From Hemiscyllium ocellatum (Eukaryota): a stretch of DNA of 64,000 nucleotides. The notes below the pieces were generated by a model. That model worked only from the letters and a program-made list of their open reading frames with translations, did no database searches and was not told the origin of the DNA. Of this stretch, positions 1-9,532 are shown in pieces. The position numbers and the translations under genes were made by a program. The number at the start of each line of letters is the position of its first letter. The first letter of the stretch is position 1. The DNA lies in NCBI RefSeq assembly GCF_020745735.1, contig NC_083413.1, positions 20,274,001-20,338,000 on the forward strand. Direction: 5' to 3'.

Positions 1-183
1 AATAGAAATAAAACAACTGGACTTTGAACTGAGAGAGTTATATCAAGCAGCCTACTCAGAAATTCAATCAGAACCACTCCTTTTATTAATTGAAAGACAA
101 AACGTACATGAAAAAAATGGAAGTGGCCAGAATTATATAAAGCCATGGTCAAATTTTGATGGACATGCCATATATGGCAGGTA

Positions 184-380
184 ATGGAGACATCCTGGCA
201 ACATCCCATTAAATCTTTTCTAAACTCTCTCCAATTTAATCATATCATTCCTACAGCCAGACGATCAGAACAGTACACAATGCTCCAAAAGTGGCTTCAC
301 CATTGTCCTATACAACGTCAAAATGACATCCCGACTCCTATGCCCAGTGGTATGAGCAATGAAAGCAAGGTCATATTATT
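184..380 (-). mobile_element. CR1 LINE fragment (RT C-terminal region)
   Basis: Reverse strand matches the YRTLV.P.LEYCVQFW-type region found in other CR1 copies in this window (e.g. 46330-46460); abuts the truncated 7TM exon. Confidence 0.65.
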
Positions 381-382
381 TT

Positions 383-799
383 ATTCCCAAAAAGGTTGAA
401 TTTCTTTCCTTTCAAGAGGTTCTGGGCTACGTCTTCGTGGCACTTGCTTTAGTGGGAGCAAGCCTCGCACTGGCGACAGCTAGCGTATTCTACCGGCATC
501 GGGAAACCCCTATTGTTAGAGCGAACAATTCAGAGCTGAGCTTCCTTCTTCTCTTTGCACTAACGCTTTGCTTCCTGTGCTCACTTACCTTCATTGGGAA
601 ACCGACCGGATGGTCCTGCATGTTGCGGCGGACTGTGTTTGGAATTGTATTTGTTCTCTGTATTTCCTGCATTTTGGGGAAAACTTTTCTTGTTGTGGTC
701 GCTTTTAAAGCAACTCTTCCCAGCAACAACTTGATGAATTGGTTTGGACCCATGCAGCAATGGTTAGGCGTGTTCGTCCTTGCATTTCTTCAAGGTTTC
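383..799 (+). pseudogene. V2R/OlfC receptor 7TM-exon fragment, truncated at both ends
   Basis: [15 protein letters not shown]...[18 protein letters not shown]...FLQG is near-identical to exon 6 of the three intact genes. There is no splice acceptor or exon start (replaced by CR1), and homology stops after CTTCAAGGTTT (~799), followed by PLE repeat. Confidence 0.85.
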
Positions 800-837
800 T
801 GTACCGAGATAATGACTTCGAGGGGCTGGTATTGGGC

Positions 838-3800
838 AAAGTTAAAAATCACGCACCAGCTTATGGTCCAACAGGTTTATTTGGAAGCATTAGCTTTCGG
901 AGCGCCGCTCTTTCATAGGAGGTTGTGGAGAATAAGATAATTCTCACAGAATTTATAGACAAAGGAGCCAACGGAGATGTGGTACAGTAAATAATCTTAG
1001 ATTAAAACTTTCATCTTTTACAATGTGACATGCCGGTTTCTGTTCTTTGATATGTAAATCCAAGAGCTTCTTTTAAATTATATTCTCAAGATAACTCAAG
1101 TATTTAAACAATTCGTATGAAGTCTGTCTGTGTCCTAATGCTGTCAGATTGACAACCCTCTGTATAGTTTCACACGGATTCATGCAGTTTTTGAGCAAAA
1201 TAAAATGTAATTCTGCAAAAGCAAATTCACCACTTAAGCATATAGGTGTGCGCATGTAGGAGCGACAGGTTGAGTGTGCATGTGAGTGCGTGCGTGTGAG
1301 TGTGAGTGTACGTCATAGAGTGTGTGTGTGTTATGTATATGCGTGTGCATGCACAAAGTTAAAAAGCACACAACATCAGGTTATAGTCCAACAGGTTTAT
1401 TTGGAAGCAAAAGCTTGCGGAGCGCTGCTTCTTCATCAAGTGGTTGCCGAAGAGGGAGAGGTGAATGGATAGGTATAAGATCGTAAGACACAGAATTTAG
1501 AGCAAAAGGTTACAGCGTGATGTAACTGAAATTACCTTTTGAAAAAGACCTGGATTGTTTAAGTATCTCATCTTTTCGAATGAACATGTTGGTTTCAATT
1601 CTTTCAGATGCAAATCGCAGAACTGTTTTTCTTAAAGTTATATTCTCAAGGGCACTTTAACAGTTGGGGCCACGTCGGCCTATACAATGCATTTAAGGTG
1701 TGAGATGCTCTGTGTGAGACTGTGCCACAATGGTCGGACTGATTCTAATCTAAAAGACGGATTTAAAGAATCTTACATAGATTCACGCAGTTTTTGAGCA
1801 AGGTAGTATGTAATTCTGCAAGTACAAATTCACCCCACAAACTTATATGCGTAAATGTGCATGTGGGCGTGTGAGGGAGGGCAGAATAAGCAGAGGATAC
1901 GGCAACGGATGAATGGACACCGCACAACAATCAACGGACAGGAGTGTTCCCTCCCAGTCGGAGAACACTTCAGCGGTCCGGGACATTTGACCTCAGACCT
2001 TCTGGTGACCGTCCTCCAAGGCGGACTCCAGGGCAGGCATCAAGGAAAAGTGGCCGAGCAGTGGCTGATAGCCAAGTTTCGTACCATGGGGATGGTCTCA
2101 ACCCTGACCTTGGGTTCATGTCACACAGGAAAAAGTGAGGACTGCAGATGCTGGAAACCAGAGTCTAGATCAGAGTGGTGCTGGAAAGGCACAACAGGTC
2201 AGGCAGCATCCGAGGTGCAGGAAAATCGATGTTTCGGGCAAAAGCTCCATCAGGATTGGAGGCAGGGAGCCTCCAGGCTGGAGAGATAAATGGGAGGGGG
2301 GGGGGGGGGGGGGGGATGGCGGGGGGGAGTAGCTGAGATTCTTGTAGAGAGAGGAGGAGAACTTCTTTCAGGTACTCTACAGACTTGTACAATCACGCAG
2401 GCCCTCTCTCATACACTCACACGTACACTCCCACACACACACACACACCCTCTCACAGATTTATACCACTTTACTCACAGATACACACACTCTCTCGCAG
2501 ACATTCATAACCCCCTCACCCCCCATCCCAACACATGCACCCATATGCACACATACACAGATATGTTTGTGGGATGAATTTGTTCTTGAAGAATTATATT
2601 TTACTTTGTTCAATAATTGCATGAATCCATGTAAGATTCTGTAAATCCGTTTTTTAGATTAGAATCGGTCTGACCATTGTGGCACAGAATGTCTCACACA
2701 AGACAACTCACACTTTAAATGCATTAACTGAGCCGTCTAGACACCAATTGTTAAAGTTGACTTGAGAATGTAACTTTTATTTTTAAAATTCTGCGACTTA
2801 TATATGAAATAACTGAAAGCAACATGTTCATTCTAAAAGCTGAGAGACTTCGTACACCCCAGTCCAACACCGGCATCTCCAAATCATGTGCATGCGTGTA
2901 AGCTTGGTTGAGTGCTTGTGTGAGTATGATGAGGTTTGTGTGAGAGGGTGCATGTATCCATGTGTGCGGGGGTGTATGTGTGTGTATATGAGGGAGAGAT
3001 TGTCTATGAGGGAGGGTATGAGAGATAAAAAGTTGCGTCTGCTGAACGAAATACATCTGAACAAATAATGGACTTTAAAGTAGGTTAAAAATCACACAAC
3101 ACCAGGTTTTAATCCAACAGGTTTAACTGGAAGCAGTAGCTGTCAGAGCACTGCTTCTTCATCAGGCGATTGTGGAGAATAAGATCGTAAGACACAGAAT
3201 TTATGGCAAAAGTTTACAGTGTGGTGTAACTGAAATTAAATGTTGAAAAACCCGTGTTGTTTTTTACATATGCAAATCGCAAACGGTTTTTTTTAAAAAA
3301 GTTACATTCTCAAGTGCACTTTAACAATTAGTGTCTTGTTGGCCCAGATAAGGTATTGAAGGTGTTAACTCCCTGTGAGGCTGTCTGTGCCACAATGGTC
3401 AGACTGATTCTAATCTAAAAAACGGATTTACAGATTCTTACATGGATCCATGCAGTTTTTTAGCAAAGTAAAATGTAATTCTACAAATACAAATTCACCC
3501 CACAAACCTATATATGTGTGCGTGCACGTGGGTGTGTGTATGCTGGGGGTGGGGGGGTGGGGGGGGGGCGTTATGAGTGCCTGTGAGTGGGTTGTGTATA
3601 TGTGAGAGTGTGAGTGTAAAGAGGTTTAAGTCTGTGGCAGGGTGTGTGTGGGAAAGTGTGTATGAGTGTATGAAAGAGGGTCTGTGTGTGTGTGTGTGCG
3701 TGTGCATGTGTGTGTGTGTATGTGTGTCTATGGTGCAATGGGGTCACCTGTAGTGTGGCATGAACCCAAGGTCCAAGTTGAGATCATCCCGATGGGTACT

Positions 3801-4920
3801 GAACTTGACTACCAGCCACGGCTCGGCCACGTTTTGTTTTTGCTTGTCCCGAAATCCGCCTTGGAGGTCACCCGAAGGTCCGAAAGTCACGGACCACTGA
3901 AGTGCTCTCCGACTGGAAGTGAACACTCCTGTCTGTTGATTGTTGTGCGGTGTCCATTCATCCGTTGCCCGTATCCTCTGCCGGACCAAACAGAGGCCAC
4001 GGCAATGGATGAATGAAAAAGAACAAGTCGAAGCTACGGTCAATGGATGAATGGACACCACAGAACAATCAACATACATGAGCGCTCCCTCCCAATGGGA
4101 GAATATTTCAGTGGTCTGGGACATTTGACCTCGGATCTTCGGGTGACTATCCTCCAAGGCGGACTTCGGAACAGGCAACAATGAAAAGTGGCTGAGCAGA
4201 CGGTGATAGCCAAGTTCAGTACCCATAAGGATGGCCTCAGAAGGGACCTAGGGTTCATGTCACACTACAGGTGACCTCATCGCACTGTATACACACATAG
4301 ACACACACATTCAGACATACACACACTCTCTCTTCCCTCTCTCTCTCTCACACACACGCACACACTCAAACCCTCTCTCACACACTCACGCATACATTCC
4401 TACGCACACCCTGTCACAGACGTAAACCCCTTCACAACCACACTCACACACGTACACACACTCTCATAGGCACTCATAAACCTTCTCCCCCACCACGGCC
4501 CCACACACACCCACATGCACACGTACACATACATAAGTTTATGGGGTGAATTTGTACTTGCAGAATTACATTTTACTTTGCTCAAAAACTGCATGAATCC
4601 ATGTAAGATTCTGTTAATTCATTTTTTAGTTGGGAATCAGTCTGACCATTGTGGCACAGACAGCCTCACAGGGAGTTAACACCTTCAATACCTTATCTGG
4701 GCCGACAAGACACCAATTGTTAAAGTGCACTTGAGAATGTAACTTTTAAAAACATTTTGCGATTTACATATGACAGAAACAATCTGGATCTTTTTCAATA
4801 TATAACTTCAGTTATATCACACTGTAAACTTTTGTTATAAATTCTGTGCTATAAATGATTCTCCACAATCACCTGATGAAGGAGCAGTGCTCTGAAAGCT
4901 ACTGCTTCCAAATAAACCTG
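838..4920. mobile_element. Cluster of non-autonomous Penelope-like element termini (pLTRs) in alternating orientation, with (CA)n/(TG)n tracts and GIY-YIG C-terminal fragments
   Basis: Repeated unit AAGTTAAAAATCAC..CAACAGGTTTATTTGGAAGC..TTCATCAGG at ~838, ~1356, ~3080 (-) and ending 4920 (+). GIY-YIG tail peptides RQRMNGHR..PVGEHFSGPGH..LIAKF at 1885-2128, 3744-3970 (-) and 4040-4270. Confidence 0.8.
4870..4904 (+). ncRNA. Minimal hammerhead ribozyme motif, family 1 (AGCT palindrome)
   Basis: cac-CTGATGA(4873-4879)-a-GGAGC-agt-GCTCT-GAAA(4894-4897)-GC-TA-ctg: intact catalytic core, 5-bp stem II, imperfect short stem I. Confidence 0.7.
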
Positions 4921-7900
4921 TGAGGCAGTGCCCCCTCAACCATGACCCCACCCCCCATCACCAAGCCATCACCTTCCAGACCATACAGAACCTCATCGCC
5001 TCAGGAGATCTTCCACCCACTGCTTCCAACCTCATAGTCCGGGAACGCCACACTGCCTGGTTCTACCTCCTTCCCAACATCCACAAGCCTGACCACCCTG
5101 GCCGACCCATTGTCTCAGCATGCTCCTGCCCCACTGAACTCATCTCTACCTACCTCAACACTGTCCTATCCCCCCTGGTCCAGGAACTTCACACATACGT
5201 TCGAGACACCAACCACGCCCTCCACCTCCTCCAAAACTTCTGTTTCCCCGGCCCCCAACGCCTCATCTTCACCATGGATATCCAATCCCTCCACACCTCC
5301 ATCCGCCATGACCAAGGCCTCCAAGCCCTCCATTTTTTCCTCTCCAGACGTCCTCAACAGTACCCTTCCACCGATACTCTCATTCATTTGGCCGAACTGG
5401 TCCTCACCCTTAACAATTTCTCCTTTGAATCCTCCCACTTCCTCCAGACCAAAGGGGTAGCCATGGGCACATGTATGGGTCCCAGCTATGCCTGTCTCTT
5501 TGTTGGCTACGGTAGAACAGTTGATCTTCCATAATTACACCGGCACCACTCCCCACCTCTTCCTCCGCTACATTGATGACTGCATTGGTGCCACTTCGTG
5601 CTCCCGCGAGGAGGTTGAGCAATTCATCAACTTCACCAACACATTCCACCCTGATCTTAAATTTACTTGGACCATCTCTGACACCTCCCTCTCCTTCCTG
5701 GACCTCTCCATCTCCATTAATGATGACCAACTTGACACTGACATTTTTTACAAACCCACCAATTCCCACAGCTACCTGGATTACACCTCTTCCCACTCTA
5801 TCTCTTGCAAAAATGCCATCCCATATTCCCAATTTCTCTGCCTCCACCGTATCTGCTCCCAGGAGGACCAATTCCACCAAAGAACACACCAGACGGCCTC
5901 CTTCTTTAGAGACCATAATTTCCCTTCCCACGTGGTTAAAGATGCCCTCCAATGCATTTTGTCCACATCCTGCATCTCTGCCGTCAGACCCCACCCCTCC
6001 AACCGTAACAAGGACAGAACGCCCCGGTGCTCACCTTCCACCCTACAAACCTTTTCATAAACCAAATCATCTGCCGACATTTCCACCACCTCCAAAAAGA
6101 CCCCACCACCAGGGATATATTTCCCTCCCCACCCCTTTCCACCTTCCGCAAAGACAGTTCCCTCCATGACTACCTGATCAGGTCCACGCGCCCCTATGAC
6201 CCACCCTCCCATCCTGGCACCTTCCCCTGCCACTGCAGGAATTGCAAAACCTGTGCCCACACCACCTCCCTCACCTCTATCCAAGGCCCTAAAGGAGCCT
6301 TCCACATCCATCAACGTTTTGCCTGCACATCCACTAATATCATTTATTGTATCCGTTGTTCCCGATGCGGTCTCCTCTACATTGGGGAGACTGGACGCTT
6401 CCTAGCAGAGTGCTTTAGGGAACATCTCCGAGACACCAGCACCAATGAACCACACTGCCCCGTGGCCCAACATTTCAACTCCCCCTCCCACTCCGTCGAG
6501 GAGATGGAGGTCCTGAGCCTCCTTCACCGCTGCTCCCTCATCACCAGACACCTGGAGGAAGAACGCCTCATCTTCCGCCTCGGAACCCGTCAACCCCAGG
6601 GCATCTATGTGAACTTCAACAGCTTCCTCATTTCCCCTTCCCCCATCTCATCCTAATTTCAAACTTCCAGCTCAGCACTGTCCCCATGACTTGTCCAGAC
6701 TTTTCCGACCTGCCTAGCTCCTTTTCCACCTATTCACTCCACCCTCTCCTCCCTGACCTATCACCTTCATCTCCTCCCCCACTCACCCATTGTACTCTAT
6801 GCTACTCTCTCCCCACCCCCACCCTCCCCTAGCTTATCTCTCCATGCTTCCGGCTCACTGCCTTTATTCCTGATGAAGGGCTTTTGCCCGAAATGTCAAT
6901 TTCGCTGCTCGTTGGCTGAACTGCTGTACTCTTCCAGCACCACTGATCCAGAATCAGGTTTCCAGCATCTGCAGTCATTGTTTTCACCTCGTTGATTTTA
7001 ACCCTACTGTGAATCTTCTTGCAAGGATGCCTGCCTTGAAGAAGTTTTCCTCCTCTCTCTACAAGAATCTCAGGGAGTCCCTCTCCCACTGCAACTCCCA
7101 GGTCATTTCCTCTGCCCTGAAGCTCTTCAACCATGTCGTGAAACAAACTTAGTACCACAGCCATATTTGCTTCCTCAGTGCCTGCCTCCGTAACCAACTC
7201 ATCCCACATGGACTCCAAACCACCTTTAAACCAGCAGAGTTCGGACCCGAACAGGGCAAACAGTACAGACTACAGATTCCAAAACACCAGCAACAGTTCT
7301 CTTTCAGGATCCTCCTTTCCACGCTTGAAGCAATGCGCCGGCACCTGACCTCTCTACAGTCAGCATTGCCTCAGCTGAGGGCCACACTCTCTCAGAATTG
7401 CAAAGGATCCATTCTGTACTACATCCTCAGGAGAATTAATACTCTCAACAAACAGTATTTCAATTCCATCTCAAACATCAAAAACTGTAAGTACAACAAA
7501 CTTTTATCCACCCACCTCCATAACCAGCGCTCCTCAAACATTCCAGAAGATTCCCCTGACCTCCGAAACGCAATTAGCCATGCCGCTGATGCAGCTACCA
7601 CCCTCACGCTGATTGATAATGTCACTTCCGCACTCATCATGGCCCCTCCCACAGCCACTTCCGGCCCTCACATCATCGCTTATACCACACGCTCAGTGAC
7701 TTCTGCCAGCCCTACTGCGTGTCTGCCACCACTTCCGCCCGCACTAGCGCCACTCACCTGCATTCTGCTGACACGCCCCCCACAGACCCCACTGTCACTA
7801 CCCCACCCCCCCAAAACCCTGAGGGGAGCACTACCCCTGCTCATGACTCCACCCCCCATTCCCCCCACCATCACATCCACTCTAGGTACTGGCTCTGACC

Positions 7901-8376
7901 CCATTCCCAGCTCCACACCCACAGCAGATCCCAGCTCCCAGCCCTGCTATTTTCACCATCCCTCCAGACCTCTCCCTCACTGAGGACGAAAATCAGTCCT
8001 CAGCATAGGACTCACCTTCATCCCCCTCAGTCCACGTATCAATGAATTTAATATACGCCGTGATGTCGAACAATTCTTCCGTCGCCTCCGCCTCCGACTT
8101 ACTTTCACAATCTGGACACCCGCTCACCTTCCGAGGCCCCCTTCGCCCACCTCCAACACATTGCATCCATCTGGACACCCTGTACTGGCCTATTACCTGC
8201 CCTCGACCTCTTCATTTCCAACTGCCGCCGGGCCATTAACCGCCTCAACCTGTCTACCCCCCCTGCCCCACTCTAACCTCTCACCCTCACAACACGCAGC
8301 CCTCCAATCCCTCTGTTCCAATCCCAACCTCACCATTAAGCCAGCGGATAAAGGGGGCGCAGTGGTAGTCTGTCGC
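4921..8376 (+). mobile_element. Penelope-like retroelement (RT + GIY-YIG endonuclease), frameshifted, circularly permuted
   Basis: RT motifs FYLLP.IHK..PGRPIVS, TMDIQSL, QTKGVAMG, LRYIDD, FLD, FYKPT; Cys/GIY-YIG C..CKTC, YCIRC.RC.LLYIGETG, HFN, LGT.QPQG (to 6656). Then 3'UTR, hammerhead, ATG at 7027 and the N-terminal ORF (HICFLSACLRNQLIPHGL...) ending at KPADKGGAVVV (~8370). Confidence 0.9.
6866..6900 (+). ncRNA. Minimal hammerhead ribozyme motif, family 2 (ACGT-type; here ATGT)
   Basis: attc-CTGATGA(6870-6876)-a-GGGC-tttt-GCCC-GAAA(6890-6893)-TGTC-aat, lying between the PLE 3'UTR and the ATG at 7027. Confidence 0.7.
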
Positions 8377-9010
8377 ACTCAGAATAGGGGAGATGAGACG
8401 GGATCTGATTGAAATATATAAAATAACGAGGGGCATAGATATGGTAGACAGAACGAAGCTTTTTCCTTAATGGAGGAATCGATGATCAAGGGAGTAGATG
8501 TAAGATAAGGGGTAGAAGCTTTAGAGGAGATGCGCGGAAAAATGTCTTTATGCAGCAGTGATGGAATTCTAGGACTGACTGCCTGTTAGCGGGGTTTGGG
8601 CAGAAACCTTCAGAAAATTGAATGAGTATTTAGAAGTGCACTTAACATACCAAGCTATGGGCCAAGTATTAGATAATGTGATTAGAATGTTTAGACGCTT
8701 GCATTTTACCAGCACAGATGTAATGAACTGAAGGACCATTATTTGTGCGTAGACTTCACTAACACTGTGAGTGTCTTCACTCGGAGCGTAGTGAATCTAT
8801 GGGATTATTTACCACAGAGAGTTGTGGAGGTTGCTCTGGAAATAAATTTGAGTATATGAGAGAGTCCGATTTTTAATTAATAAGAGAATCAAGGGCTTTA
8901 GATGAAAGGAATGAATCTGGAGTTGAAGAATATACGAAGTCAAGACCAGATCAATGAGGCGAATGACCTAGGTTTGACCTAATCTTAGTGATGATCATGA
9001 ACATGATTAA
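8377..9010 (+). mobile_element. Old CR1 3'-end fragments shared by paralog upstream regions
   Basis: RRDLIEIYKI.RG.D-type sequence; homologous to 50505-51600 (gene D) and 30530-30900 (gene C). Confidence 0.6.
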
Positions 9011-9094
9011 TGTTTTCTACAATCTTGTTTCTGAATCGAAAATGTTGACGCTCTTGGGATTTAAAAGTTGAAAGTTTAATTTTTAGTGACATCT

Positions 9095-9323
9095 ATCTGC
9101 AGAAATAGCGATCCATTAATTATGATTGTCCTCACAAGTGCAAATGTCCCGTAAACAAATTGATTGAGCATTGTTTCAGCGATGCAATCCATTCGATCAG
9201 ATTTAAGGTGATTCATTGGCTGTAAGGCGCTCTGGGATATCCTCAGGTCCTAACAGGCGCTATATAACTCCACGTTCTTTCTCATTCCGTTTAATCTAGT
9301 GATAGGTTGCTTGCAAGGAAGCG
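9095..9323 (+). promoter_or_regulatory. Proximal promoter of gene B with TATATAA (9261-9267) and homeodomain-like CCATTAATTATGA
   Basis: Block alignable in all three paralogs; TATA 63 nt upstream of ATG, the same spacing as in gene C; ATTGG (reverse CCAAT) at 9215-9219. Confidence 0.65.
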
Positions 9324-9532
9324 ATGACTTTGTTTCTGATATTCCTATTGCTCGCTGTTGTGCCTACGTGGAAATCTCATGGAATGGTTTGTACGCCTCG
9401 AGCAAAAGGCAACTTACCGAATTTGTCTGAAGATGGTGATATTATCCTGGGTGGGATATTTTCAGCACATTTAGATGTGATTTACGATGCTCCTTCATTT
9501 GCCGTCAGTCCATCAGACACGTACTGCGAAAG
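9324..9532 (+). CDS. V2R gene B exon 1 (signal peptide, VFT start)
   Basis: [22 protein letters not shown]..; donor AG|GTAGGT. Confidence 0.92.

Noticed and set aside
359-940. 193-aa ORF as an intact gene
   Set aside because: Chimera of CR1 antisense sequence (start), a partial 7TM exon and PLE repeat (end).
2291-2330. G-runs as functional G-quadruplexes (also 30047-30078, 32845-32875, 48368-48425)
   Set aside because: Low-complexity tracts, mostly inside repeats and not conserved between paralogs.
2290-4600. His/Thr- or Val/Cys-rich ORFs
   Set aside because: Translations of (CA)n/(TG)n microsatellites within PLE termini.
9230-9250. Olf/EBF (O/E) site in the promoter
   Set aside because: GGGATATCCTCAGG does not fit the TCCCNNGGGA consensus; not supportable.
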